A stretch of 64,000 bases of DNA, from NCBI GenBank assembly GCA_965220895.1, contig OZ244850.1, forward strand, positions 1,300,861 to 1,364,860. Direction: 5' to 3'. Under the pieces are notes generated by a model. It saw only the letters and a program-made list of their open reading frames with translations. It had not been told where the DNA came from and did no database searches. Positions 51,431 through 60,567 of this stretch are shown here, piece by piece. The position numbers and the translations under genes were made by a program. The stretch comes from Gammaproteobacteria bacterium (GTDB lineage: Bacteria; Pseudomonadota; Gammaproteobacteria; UBA4575). The first letter of the stretch is position 1; each line of letters begins with the position of its first letter.

Positions 51431-52948
51431 ATGGAAAACAAAAAACTTGTAAGCAAAATTGAAAATGCCAAGGTGTATGACGTTGCTGTCAAGTCTGCAC
51501 TTGATTTTGCATCGACCCTGTCCAGCCGGTTTGCTAATCGTATTTTTCTGAAGAGAGAAGACCAGCAAAGCGTTTTTTCCTTCAAGCTTAGAGGTGCCTA
51601 CAACAAAATCGCGCGCTTGCCGGATGCCGAAAGAAAACGAGGAGTGATCGCTGCATCGGCAGGAAATCATGCCCAGGGCGTAGCACTTGCCGCGAAAAAA
51701 CTGGGCATTCACGCCACGATCGTGATGCCCTGTACTACCCCGTCCATCAAGGTGCAATCGGTCACCAGCATGGGGGCGAATGCTGTTTTACACGGTGACA
51801 CCTATGATGAGGCCTTTTTGCGTTCCCAGGAACTTGCAGAAGATCAGGGGCTGTCCTACGTGCATCCCTATGACGATGAAGATGTTATTGCGGGACAGGG
51901 AACTGTGGCAGTGGAAATCCTGCAACAAATTCCGTCTGGCATAGACGCGATCTTTGTTCCGGTTGGAGGCGGTGGACTTATTGCCGGCATGGCATCCTAT
52001 ATCAAGCACTACCGGCCCGACATCAAGGTGATCGGGGTCGAGCCGCAGGACGCGTCGACCATGCATGCCGCGTTGTTGGCCAAAAAAAGGGTGGAACTGG
52101 ATTCGGTCGGGATTTTCGCAGATGGGGTTGCCGTGCGATGCGTAGGCAAAAAAACTTTCGAAATTGCAAGACAACATGTCGATGAAGTGTTGTTGGTAAG
52201 TACAGATGAAATCTGTGCTGCCATCAAGGACCTCTTCGATGAGACACGCACCCTGTTCGAACCTGCAGGGGCTTTGGCTTTGGCAGGGATCAAACAGTAC
52301 GTCGACCGAGAAAGGGTCACAGACAGATTGCTGGTAGCGGTCAATAGCGGCGCAAATATGAATTTTGATCGTTTGCGTCACGTAGCAGAGCGCGCGGAGC
52401 TTGGCGAGCGAAAGGAGTGCCTGTTTGCGGTAACGATTCCTGAACAGCCGGGCAGTTTTTTGGCTTTCTGCCGATTGCTTGGGTCCCGGGGGGTTACGGA
52501 GTTTAACTATCGTTATGCAGATACAGAGGAAGCCCAGATTTTTCTGGGCGTGAACGTAGAGGATGCGGGAACTGAAAAAAATCAGCTGCTACAAACATTG
52601 GAAGGGTCCGGATATCCTGCATTAGATATCTCGGACAATGAAGTCGCGATTCTCCATTTGCGGCACATGGTAGGGGGTCGTAGCCCAGCCCTGGAGAATG
52701 AAATTTTATTTCGCTTTGAATTTCCAGAGCGGCCAGGTGCATTGCTGGACTTTCTAGAAATGATCGGGCAGGAATGGAATATCAGTCTATTTCACTACCG
52801 CAATCACGGTGCAGCTTATGGGCGTGTGTTGGCCGGGATCCAAGTGCCTGCAGAACACAGAGAGCGCTTCGATCAGTTCTTGGCGGAGCTGGGGTACCGC
52901 TGCTGGGAGGAAACTGGGAATCCAGTATACAAATTGTTCCTAGGCTGA
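51431..52948 (+). CDS. ilvA: Biosynthetic threonine dehydratase with tandem C-terminal regulatory (ACT-like) domains
   Basis: PLP motif SFKLRGAYN, 505 aa, with two C-terminal regulatory repeats. Confidence 0.9.
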   Translation: MENKKLVSKIENAKVYDVAVKSALDFASTLSSRFANRIFLKREDQQSVFSFKLRGAYNKIARLPDAERKRGVIAASAGNHAQGVALAAKKLGIHATIVMPCTTPSIKVQSVTSMGANAVLHGDTYDEAFLRSQELAEDQGLSYVHPYDDEDVIAGQGTVAVEILQQIPSGIDAIFVPVGGGGLIAGMASYIKHYRPDIKVIGVEPQDASTMHAALLAKKRVELDSVGIFADGVAVRCVGKKTFEIARQHVDEVLLVSTDEICAAIKDLFDETRTLFEPAGALALAGIKQYVDRERVTDRLLVAVNSGANMNFDRLRHVAERAELGERKECLFAVTIPEQPGSFLAFCRLLGSRGVTEFNYRYADTEEAQIFLGVNVEDAGTEKNQLLQTLEGSGYPALDISDNEVAILHLRHMVGGRSPALENEILFRFEFPERPGALLDFLEMIGQEWNISLFHYRNHGAAYGRVLAGIQVPAEHRERFDQFLAELGYRCWEETGNPVYKLFLG

Positions 52949-53002
52949 AATCATTGAAGTTTCAGGCAAAACGGATCCCTGAAAAGGGGTTTCTTGCCCG
53001 CA

Positions 53003-53033
53003 TAAAAAAGGCTCAATAAAGAGCCTTTTTTAT
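53003..53033. terminator. Bidirectional rho-independent terminator between convergent ilvA and the H1-like gene
   Basis: aaaaaaggctc-aataaa-gagcctttttt: a hairpin flanked by an A-tract upstream and a T-tract downstream. Confidence 0.6.
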
Positions 53034-53053
53034 ATGGTGCGGTTGGTTCTGCG

Positions 53054-53488
53054 TCAGCGGCGCTTACGTTTGACAGCTCTTTTAGCAGTCTTGCGTTTTG
53101 CAGTTTTACGCTTAGCAGCTTTTTTGACGGTCTTGCGTTTTGCAGTTTTACGCTTAGCAGCTTTTTTGACGGTCTTGCGCTTAGCAGTTTTACGCTTAGC
53201 AGCTTTTTTGACGGTCTTGCGCTTAGCAGTTTTACGTTTGACAGCCTTTTTAGCAGTCTTGCGTTTTGCAGTTTTACGCTTAGCAGCTTTTTTGACGGTC
53301 TTGCGCTTGGCGGTTTTGCGTTTGACAGCCTTTTTAGCAGTCTTACGTCTGGCAGTTGCAGCGGTCTTACGCTTAACAGCTTTCTTAGCAGTCTTACGTC
53401 TGGCAGTTGCAGCGGTCTTACGCTTAACAGCTTTCTTAGCAGTCTTACGTCTGGCAGTTGCAGCGGTCTTACGTTTCTTGATGGCCAT
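53054..53488 (-). CDS. Histone H1-like lysine/alanine-rich nucleoid-associated protein built from tandem AAKRKTAKRKTVKK-type repeats
   Basis: 144-aa product is almost entirely K/A/R/T repeats (...KKAVKRKTAATARRKTAKKAVKRKTA...). Strong RBS aggggag 5 nt upstream of ATG 53488. Resembles Bordetella BpH1 and Pseudomonas AlgP-type H1-like tails. Confidence 0.75.
   Translation of the reverse strand: MAIKKRKTAATARRKTAKKAVKRKTAATARRKTAKKAVKRKTAATARRKTAKKAVKRKTAKRKTVKKAAKRKTAKRKTAKKAVKRKTAKRKTVKKAAKRKTAKRKTVKKAAKRKTAKRKTVKKAAKRKTAKRKTAKRAVKRKRR
53060..53470. repeat. About ten tandem 42-bp direct repeats (coding the H1-like repeats)
   Basis: Units such as gcagttttacgcttagcagcttttttgacggtcttgcgtttt recur head-to-tail, with point variants (gcgtttg/gcgctta, tttgacag/tctggcag). 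Confidence 0.85.
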
Positions 53489-53625
53489 CAATACTCCCCT
53501 CCAAACAATAAACGTTGAGTTGTAGTCGCGCTAAAGTATATACGTTTGATATATAAATACTAGTTTTTTCGCGATGTTTTTAATTTTAAAAATACATACA
53601 AAAACTGAAGTCGTCGAACGTCAAT

Positions 53626-54078
53626 TCACTCCAATGACAAAATATAATCCCAGTGCTTTTTGCTTACCGGCATGACTGAAAGTCGGTTGCCGGGTCTCAA
53701 GAGTTGCAAGCCATCAAGTTTTTTTTGTTGCCTGAGTTCTGACAGCGTGATGGTGCGTTTCAGTTTTCGTTTGTAACGGACATCGACCATGAACCAGCGC
53801 GGATTCTCGGGATCACTTTTGGGGTCATAGTGCTTGTCCTCCCGGTCGAAGGCGGTATAGTCCGCATACGACTCGCGTGCGACCGTCATAATGCCCACGA
53901 TTCCAATTTCATCGCAATTCGAGTGGTACATAAAGGCCAGGTCACCTTTTTTCATGTCATCGCGCATCATGTTGCGTGCCTGGTAATTTCGTACCCCGTC
54001 CCAGGGTTCCACCCTGTCCCGTTTCAGGTCATCGATACTGTATTCACCGGGCTCGCTTTTCATTAACCAATACTGCAT
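53626..54078 (-). CDS. EVE (PUA-like) domain protein
   Basis: MQYWLMKSEPGEYSIDDL... is the diagnostic EVE-domain N-terminus; 150 aa. Confidence 0.8.
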   Translation of the reverse strand: MQYWLMKSEPGEYSIDDLKRDRVEPWDGVRNYQARNMMRDDMKKGDLAFMYHSNCDEIGIVGIMTVARESYADYTAFDREDKHYDPKSDPENPRWFMVDVRYKRKLKRTITLSELRQQKKLDGLQLLRPGNRLSVMPVSKKHWDYILSLE

Positions 54079-54117
54079 GGCGGTCTACCCTACGACTTGT
54101 TTGAATATTGATTTTAG

Positions 54118-54340
54118 TAAAGAACCGAGAGCGTAGTACGCGGATACACTCCACGAATACTGTGGTCGCTATAGCCCTTGAACCAGAGGTTCAAGTGGGA
54201 GAACTGAAAAATGCATCAGGCTTCCCATTTTCCGGGACTGCACAACAACATTTTTTACAGCATTGTCCCTGAGTAAAAAAATAGGCTCAAGGTATGTATC
54301 TAGCTACTCACCTGTACCGCAGAGGTATCCGGTTTCAGTA
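54118..54340 (-). ncRNA. ssrS: 6S RNA (SsrS), RNA-polymerase sigma70-holoenzyme regulator
   Basis: Minus-strand sequence contains ...gggaagccu...cacuugaaccucugguucaagggcuauagcg.... This parallels the E. coli 6S 3'-half ...GAGAAGCCUUAAAACUG...CACCUUGAACCAAGGGUUCAAGGGUUACAGC.... It also carries the GGUGAG element and 5'/3'-end complementarity (cggauac / guauccg). It sits immediately downstream of zapA, as in gamma- and beta-proteobacteria. Ends approximate to within about 15 nt. Confidence 0.7.
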
Positions 54341-54356
54341 TGAGTTTAGCAGATTC

Positions 54357-54671
54357 TCAAAGCTCAAGCTGTCGGGTATTTTCCAGGGCGGAATCAATTC
54401 GATCCTGAAGGTCACGAACGCGGGTACAGAAACTTTTGCTTACCTGATTCTGCTCATCGGTTTGTGAAAGCAGGGAGTGGGCTAGGTTCAATGCGGCCAT
54501 CACCGCTACGCGGTCCGCACCGATGACCTTGCCTCCATTGCGCACTTCCTCGATGTGCGTATTCAGCAGTTCCGCAGATGCCTGCAAGGACTCTTCTTCA
54601 CCCTCCCCACACACCACACGATATTCCTTGTCCAGGATACTGAGCGCAATGGGAGAATCCTGGGTACTCAT
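54357..54671 (-). CDS. zapA: Cell division protein ZapA
   Basis: 104 aa. ...ALSILDKEYRVVCGEGEEESL... ZapA N-domain plus C-terminal coiled coil. Confidence 0.85.
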   Translation of the reverse strand: MSTQDSPIALSILDKEYRVVCGEGEEESLQASAELLNTHIEEVRNGGKVIGADRVAVMAALNLAHSLLSQTDEQNQVSKSFCTRVRDLQDRIDSALENTRQLEL

Positions 54672-54901
54672 ATGCTGACCTCCATCGACTTAAGCCGGGT
54701 TATCATGGCCTCGACTCGTTTGCGTGCCTGCTCGTTTTTATCAATCAGGCTCGCCCTTTCAGCCGTGTACGTGTCCTGCTGCGCCTTCAGAAGGCCGTTC
54801 TCTTTCTTGAGGTCTTCGTAGGCCTGGATAAGGTTGTTTACACGACTTTCAAGTCGCTTTAGCTCCTGTTCATTGAGCAGGCCTGACTCTGTCTTCCCCA
54901 T
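54668..54901 (-). CDS. Small coiled-coil protein upstream of zapA (ZapB-like / TIGR02449-type)
   Basis: 77 aa, entirely heptad-like (LKRLESRVNNLIQAYEDLKKENGLLKAQQ). 4-nt overlap with zapA. Confidence 0.5.
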   Translation of the reverse strand: MGKTESGLLNEQELKRLESRVNNLIQAYEDLKKENGLLKAQQDTYTAERASLIDKNEQARKRVEAMITRLKSMEVSI

Positions 54902-55158
54902 TCCAAAATGGTAGGATGATGAAACTTTATCGTCAACTCAAATTTAAGAAATATGCCTTGATATGCTGAAAAAGTTGAAGATATTTCATACGGCGCGGCG
55001 TCTTCGCAGGAGTCTGGCGCACCGGGTCTCGGCTACGGGTACAGCGGGCCAATTTTCAGAGACTTGTCTGGCAATTGCTGTATATACTGGCAGGATTCAC
55101 CTGCAGATGACCGGGCCGTCTGGCCTGTACCCCGTAGAGTTCGCTACTGGAACATGAC

Positions 55159-56469
55159 ATGAACACGAAAGAGCTGGTCAAGCGACGCAAAATGCTGATG
55201 CGCATGGTGGGCCCAAAGGGGGTCGCCATTGTGCCTTCTGCAAACTTGGTCCCCAGGAATCGGGACGTGGATCATGTCTTCCGCCAGGACAGCGACTTCC
55301 TGTACCTGACGGGTTTTGACGAGCCCAATGCCCTAGCCCTGTTGATGCCGGACAAGGAAGGTGATCGGTACATACTGTTCTGTCGGGAGCGTGATGCCGA
55401 GCAGGAAGTCTGGAGCGGGCGCCGGGCCGGTCTGGAAGGCGCTTTGAAGGATTATCTTGCAGACAAGGCCTATGCGATCAATCAACTGGATGAAGTATTG
55501 CCACGGCTCCTTTCGGATCGTGAAAGAATTTTTTACCCGATGGGCCGTGATGCAGGTTTTGACCGCAAGGTCATCAGCTGGGTGAATCAGTCCCGTGGCT
55601 CTTATCGGGCCAGAAAGCACACGCTCCATGAACTGCTCTCGCTGGATTACCCTTTGCACGACATGCGTTTGTACAAGTCACGCGGCGAGGTAAGTCTGAT
55701 GCGCAAGGCGGCCAAGGTTTCCATTGCTGCCCATCTGCGCGCCATGCAGGCTTGTGAGCCGGGCAAGCACGAGCATGAAATTGAAGCCGAGCTGCTCTAT
55801 GAATTCAGGAAAGCAGGCTGTGTCCCGGCTTATCCTTCTATCGTCGGCGGTGGAGGCAACGCCTGTATATTGCACTACATCGAAAACAGCCAGGTACTCA
55901 ACGATGGCGATTTGTTGCTGATCGACGCGGGTGCGGAGTACCAGGGTTATGCCAGTGATATCACCCGTACCTTTCCTGTAAACGGAACCTTTTCCAGGGC
56001 CCAGCGGGAGGTGTACGAGCTGGTGCTGGAAGCCCAGACCGCTGCGATCCGGAAGGTAAAGCCCGGCAACCACTGGAACGACCCGCACAATGAAGCCGTG
56101 AAGGTGCTTACCAAGGGCTTGGTGGAACTGGGTTTGTTGAAAGGCAAGCCCGCCAAGCTGATCAAAGACGAGAAATACAGGCAGTTTTACATGCACCGTA
56201 CCGGTCATTGGTTGGGTATGGATGTCCATGACGTCGGCGACTATCGTTTTGATGAAGAATGGCGTCTGCTGGAGCCGGGCATGACATTGACAGTCGAACC
56301 GGGTTTGTACATTACCCGGACAAAAGGCGTACCCAAATCTTACTGGGATATGGGAGTCCGTATCGAGGACGATGTGCTGGTCACCAAGGATGGAAACCAG
56401 GTGCTCACAGAAAAGCTCACCCGGGATCCGGGCGAAATTGAAGCCCTGATGGCAGGATCCGTACATTGA
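55159..56469 (+). CDS. pepP: Xaa-Pro aminopeptidase (aminopeptidase P)
   Basis: M24B pita-bread fold with metal ligands (DAGAEYQGYASDITRT, HRTGHWLGMDVHD, EPG...E). pepP-ubiH-ubiI synteny. Confidence 0.9.
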   Translation: MNTKELVKRRKMLMRMVGPKGVAIVPSANLVPRNRDVDHVFRQDSDFLYLTGFDEPNALALLMPDKEGDRYILFCRERDAEQEVWSGRRAGLEGALKDYLADKAYAINQLDEVLPRLLSDRERIFYPMGRDAGFDRKVISWVNQSRGSYRARKHTLHELLSLDYPLHDMRLYKSRGEVSLMRKAAKVSIAAHLRAMQACEPGKHEHEIEAELLYEFRKAGCVPAYPSIVGGGGNACILHYIENSQVLNDGDLLLIDAGAEYQGYASDITRTFPVNGTFSRAQREVYELVLEAQTAAIRKVKPGNHWNDPHNEAVKVLTKGLVELGLLKGKPAKLIKDEKYRQFYMHRTGHWLGMDVHDVGDYRFDEEWRLLEPGMTLTVEPGLYITRTKGVPKSYWDMGVRIEDDVLVTKDGNQVLTEKLTRDPGEIEALMAGSVH

Positions 56470-56484
56470 GTTTCCCTGTACGTT

Positions 56485-57702
56485 ATGCCGCGTCACTATG
56501 ATATTGCGATTGTAGGCGGTGGTTTCGTTGGTGGCACGCTGGCTTGTGCCTTGGCAGCTACACCCCGCCGGATTGCCCTGATCGAAAGCCGGCCCGTTTC
56601 TTCGGTAAACGGTACGGGTGCCCACAGGGATGAACGCAGTATTGCACTGGCCCTGACTTCCAAAAGGATGTTCGATGCTCTGGGCGTATGGGAGCAGATT
56701 GGTGCACATTCCATCGCAATCCGGAAAATTCATATTTCAGATCGGGGGCGATTCGGTGCCATGCGTATGGACTGTCGAAATCATGAATCTGAGGGTTTCG
56801 GCTACATGGTTCCCGCTGAAAAGCTCGTATTGTCCTTGCAGGAACATCTCCGGCACCATGAGAATATCCAGTGCATCCAGCCCTACAAGGTATCCGATAT
56901 TGAAAGTCGTGCGGATCGGGTCATCCTGCACGGTGAGGGAGAACCCATACAGACTGATTTGTTGATTGCCGCTGATGGAACACATTCTTTCATTCGCAAC
57001 AAGCTGGGCATCCCTGTCAACGAGAAGAAATACCATCAGACGGCCATTGTCGGCAATGTCGGTGTGGATGGTGATCATCAGTTTACGGCCTATGAGCGGT
57101 TCACCCGGCAGGGTCCCCTGACGCTGCTGCCGCATGCAGGTAACAATTGCGGGTTTGTCTGGGTGCTCCCGGACAATATTGCAGGAGAGCTCATGACGCG
57201 TACCAGTGAGGATTTCCTGCTGCAGTTGCAACAAGCCTTTGGCTACCGCTTGGGCTATTTCTCCAAAATAGGCAAACGTTCTGCCTTTCCCTTGTCATTG
57301 TTGGTGAGTCAGCGGCGTGTACAAGAACGTGTAGTGTTGATCGGTAATGCAGCCCAAACACTGCATCCGATCGGCGCCCAGAGCCTGAATCTCGCATTGC
57401 GGGATGTCGCGGAACTCAGTGAAGCGCTGAACGCGGACCACGACGGGCCTGATGGCATCAGCGAGAGACTCTGTGCCTATGCGTCCGGACGTCAATCGGA
57501 TATCAAGCGCACCATACGGCTTACCGATATCTTCAATTTTTTGTTCACTACAAACGATCCGGTGCTGTCTCGTACAAGGGGGATTGGCCTTGCGCTGCTG
57601 GGCGCGATCCCGCTTTTGGAAAACATCGTTCTGCGCCAAAGTTCGGGTGTTCCCAGCTCTATGGCAAATCCTCTTCACGGCAACCCCCCGCAGTCTGCAT
57701 GA
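56485..57702 (+). CDS. ubiH: 2-octaprenyl-6-methoxyphenol hydroxylase (flavin monooxygenase)
   Basis: FAD GxGxxG (IAIVGGGFVGG), DG and GD motifs. Position after pepP. Confidence 0.85.
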   Translation: MPRHYDIAIVGGGFVGGTLACALAATPRRIALIESRPVSSVNGTGAHRDERSIALALTSKRMFDALGVWEQIGAHSIAIRKIHISDRGRFGAMRMDCRNHESEGFGYMVPAEKLVLSLQEHLRHHENIQCIQPYKVSDIESRADRVILHGEGEPIQTDLLIAADGTHSFIRNKLGIPVNEKKYHQTAIVGNVGVDGDHQFTAYERFTRQGPLTLLPHAGNNCGFVWVLPDNIAGELMTRTSEDFLLQLQQAFGYRLGYFSKIGKRSAFPLSLLVSQRRVQERVVLIGNAAQTLHPIGAQSLNLALRDVAELSEALNADHDGPDGISERLCAYASGRQSDIKRTIRLTDIFNFLFTTNDPVLSRTRGIGLALLGAIPLLENIVLRQSSGVPSSMANPLHGNPPQSA

Positions 57703-58916
57703 CTGCACAAGCCGCACAGGTCGATGCCATTATCGTAGGGGCTGGCATCGCTGGCCTCACATTGGCCAACCTGCTGGCAAAGCAAGGCAAATCATTGGCC
57801 ATTGTTGACCGTGTGCTGCCACCGGAGTTTGACCGTGAACAGCCTTATGATGTGCGGGTCACTGCCGTCAGCCCCGGTTCAAGGGCAATTTTCGAGCACA
57901 TTGGAATCTGGCCGCAAGTTCAGGCGAAACGGACAAGTGCCTTTGATGCCATGGTTGTCTGGGATGCCGCCAGCAGTGCAAAAATTCACTTTCGTGCAGG
58001 AGAAATTCGCCAGCCTGTCTTGGGCTATATCGTGGAAAACAAGGCGATTTTGTCAAGCTTGCATGAACCCCTTCGCAAGGTACCCGGTGTTCACTGGTTC
58101 GTGCCCGGGAGCGTGACCGACATCATCCACCGCGACGATGGGATTGAGGTGATTCTGGAAAACAAGCAATTGCTCAGGGCGAAACTGCTGGTGGGAGCAG
58201 ACGGGAGCCGCTCGGGCGTGCGCGGTCTCGCAGAAATTCCCTATGTTGAAAAGCCGTATCTGCAACAGGGCATCGTGGCAAATGTACAAACAGAATTTCC
58301 ACACCAGCGCACTGCATGGCAGCGTTTTCTCAAGACGGGCCCACTGGCCCTGTTGCCCGTTGGAAGTGACAAAAAGCAGCGTGAATGTTCCATCGTCTGG
58401 TCAGCCGACCATGAATATGCGAAGCGGCTGATGCAAATGGGAGAAAAGGAGTTTTCCCAGGAAATCACCACAGCCAGCGATTCACGGCTGGGCAAGGTCC
58501 GTCTGCTGTCGGAGCGTGCGGATTTCCCGCTGATTTCTGGTCAGGCCGGCAATCTGGTCAAGCCCCGGATCGCACTGGTCGGGGACGCTGCCCACACCTT
58601 GCATCCGTTGGCGGGCCAGGGAGCCAATCTTGGATTGACCGATGTCGCGATTTTGGCCGATCTCCTCGGGCACACAAAGCGGGATCTAGGCAGTCTTCGG
58701 GTGTTGCGAAAATATGAGCGTGCCAGGGCAGGAGAGGTCCAGGTCATGCAGTCTGCGATGCATGCATTCGTAGCCGTATACGGTTCTTCTTCCAAACCCG
58801 TAGTCGCGGCACGCAGTGTTGCGCTGAGCATCGCGGAGCACACACCTTCCATGAAAAGGTTTTTCATGGAGCATGCAATGGGGTTAAACAGGGACAGGCC
58901 GGTTTTTACCAGATAG
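57699..58916 (+). CDS. ubiI: 2-octaprenylphenol hydroxylase (UbiI/VisC-type flavin monooxygenase)
   Basis: Paralogous flavin monooxygenase (IIVGAGIAGL...GDAAHTLHPLAGQGANLG). 4-nt overlap with ubiH. Confidence 0.8.
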   Translation: MTAQAAQVDAIIVGAGIAGLTLANLLAKQGKSLAIVDRVLPPEFDREQPYDVRVTAVSPGSRAIFEHIGIWPQVQAKRTSAFDAMVVWDAASSAKIHFRAGEIRQPVLGYIVENKAILSSLHEPLRKVPGVHWFVPGSVTDIIHRDDGIEVILENKQLLRAKLLVGADGSRSGVRGLAEIPYVEKPYLQQGIVANVQTEFPHQRTAWQRFLKTGPLALLPVGSDKKQRECSIVWSADHEYAKRLMQMGEKEFSQEITTASDSRLGKVRLLSERADFPLISGQAGNLVKPRIALVGDAAHTLHPLAGQGANLGLTDVAILADLLGHTKRDLGSLRVLRKYERARAGEVQVMQSAMHAFVAVYGSSSKPVVAARSVALSIAEHTPSMKRFFMEHAMGLNRDRPVFTR

Positions 58917-58968
58917 AGCCACCTTGGTTCGACCGCACAGATTCAAGGTTGCAGTGCAAGCGAAGTTG

Positions 58969-59793
58969 CTACTGCAGTGCGTTCGGGAAAAACAGCTGCT
59001 GGCCGTTTAAGGTAAAGCTGGCAATCATCTGCTGGCCTTCACTGGAGGCCAGCCAGTCTGTGAACAGAGCGGCTTGCTTGGATTTCGTATGCGGATGACG
59101 CTCGGGATTGATCTCAATGATGCTGTACTGGTTATGCAAGAGGGGGTCATTCTCAAAAAGTAAAGTCAGTCCGTTGCGATTTTTAAATGAGAGCCAGGTC
59201 CCCCTGTCTGCGAGCACGTATGCACCCATTCCATTCGCAATGTTCAGTGTAGTGCCCATCCCTGCGCCGGTTTCATGGTACCAGCTGCCGCTGTACTGCT
59301 GAACATCCACACCAAGCGAGGCCCATAACTCCATTTCTTTTTTGTGTGTACCACTTTCGTCGCCGCGCGAAACAAACGGCATCTTGTGGTCGTAAATAAG
59401 GGTAAGCACACGCTCTACACTGTCTTCTTTTCTTATATCCAGTGGATCTTCGCGTGGCCCGGCGATGATAAAGTCGTTGTACATGACCTCTTGACGCTTG
59501 ACACCAAAACCTTTGGATACAAATGCTTCCTCGGAGGGTCGGTGGTGCACAAGTATCAGGTCTGTGTCGCCTGTCTCACCCAGTTTCAGCGCTCGACCCG
59601 TGCCCACGGATACCACCCGTACGTCAATGCCAGTGCGGTCTCTGAATCTCGGGATCAGGTAATCCAGCAAACCTGAATTTTCGATTGAAGTGGTGGAGGA
59701 CAGGGTGATGAAAGGCGGTTTTTCTGCCGGCACCGAGGCCAGTGCTACACCCAGTGCCACCAATGCGATGGCTTTGACCCAAAAATATTTCAT
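58969..59793 (-). CDS. Tungstate/molybdate-type ABC transporter periplasmic substrate-binding protein (TupA-like)
   Basis: Signal peptide, PBP fold, TupA-like segments (...TTSIENSGLLDYLIP..., ...VSRGDESGTHKKE...). Assignment to tungstate vs molybdate/sulfate is not secure. Confidence 0.6.
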   Translation of the reverse strand: MKYFWVKAIALVALGVALASVPAEKPPFITLSSTTSIENSGLLDYLIPRFRDRTGIDVRVVSVGTGRALKLGETGDTDLILVHHRPSEEAFVSKGFGVKRQEVMYNDFIIAGPREDPLDIRKEDSVERVLTLIYDHKMPFVSRGDESGTHKKEMELWASLGVDVQQYSGSWYHETGAGMGTTLNIANGMGAYVLADRGTWLSFKNRNGLTLLFENDPLLHNQYSIIEINPERHPHTKSKQAALFTDWLASSEGQQMIASFTLNGQQLFFPNALQ

Positions 59794-59799
59794 GATTTT

Positions 59800-60567
59800 T
59801 CAGCCCGTGTCAAGCAACTTGCCGGCCAGGAAATCTGCGGCGAGACGGGTTCTAGGCTGGGCAAAATACACTTTTGCCGGAGTGTGTTCAATCAGCCTGC
59901 CCCGGTGCAGGAACACAATGTCGTGTGCCAGTCTTCTCGCCTGATCGAGGCTGTGGGTAGTCATGACTATCTTGGTGTTGAGTTGCGCAATTTTCCGGAT
60001 CAGCATTTCCATGGTTGCAACACCCGAAGGGTCCAGTTCCGCCGTAGGCTCGTCCAGCAGCATCACTTTAGGTTCAAGCACCCAGGCCCGGGCGACGTTC
60101 AGGCGTTGCTGCTCGCCACCGGACAGGGTGCGTGCACTTTGTTTCGAGAGTTGTATGAGCCCGGTATGGCGCAGTGCCTGCTGGATAAGCTGGTCCTGCC
60201 CGGCCTTGACCACCTTGTGCAGGGAAAGCACGTATTCAAGGTTGGCCTGTACGCTGCGCTGCAGGAAGACCGGTTTCTGGAACACGAAGGCGCGCCAGGG
60301 TTCCTGGGGCCTCGGGATGTGCTGATTCCACGTCAATGAGCCGCGATCCGGTGTTTCCAGGCCATGCGCGATGTGGAGCAGCAAACTTTTTCCTGCCCCG
60401 TTTGGGCCCAGGATGATGGTGATCCCGGCCGAACTGATGGTGGCATTCACATCGTCCAGCAGCGGCTTGCCCCGCCTGGAAACACTCAGGTGCTGAATTT
60501 TCAGTGGTAGGGGTGATGCAGGAATCACGGGGCTAGGCATAAATTTTGTGAGCCGCCTGACGTGCAC
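59800..60567 (-). CDS. ABC transporter ATP-binding protein
   Basis: Walker A GPNGAGKS, signature LSGGEQQR, Walker B LLDEP. Confidence 0.85.
   Translation of the reverse strand: MHVRRLTKFMPSPVIPASPLPLKIQHLSVSRRGKPLLDDVNATISSAGITIILGPNGAGKSLLLHIAHGLETPDRGSLTWNQHIPRPQEPWRAFVFQKPVFLQRSVQANLEYVLSLHKVVKAGQDQLIQQALRHTGLIQLSKQSARTLSGGEQQRLNVARAWVLEPKVMLLDEPTAELDPSGVATMEMLIRKIAQLNTKIVMTTHSLDQARRLAHDIVFLHRGRLIEHTPAKVYFAQPRTRLAADFLAGKLLDTG

Noticed and set aside
54963-55157. 64-aa ORF in the zapB-like/pepP divergent intergenic region
   Set aside because: Arg-rich with no RBS. More likely promoter DNA. E. coli-type ygfB (UPF0149) is absent here.
55678-56733. 351-aa minus-strand ORF
   Set aside because: Antisense to pepP and ubiH.
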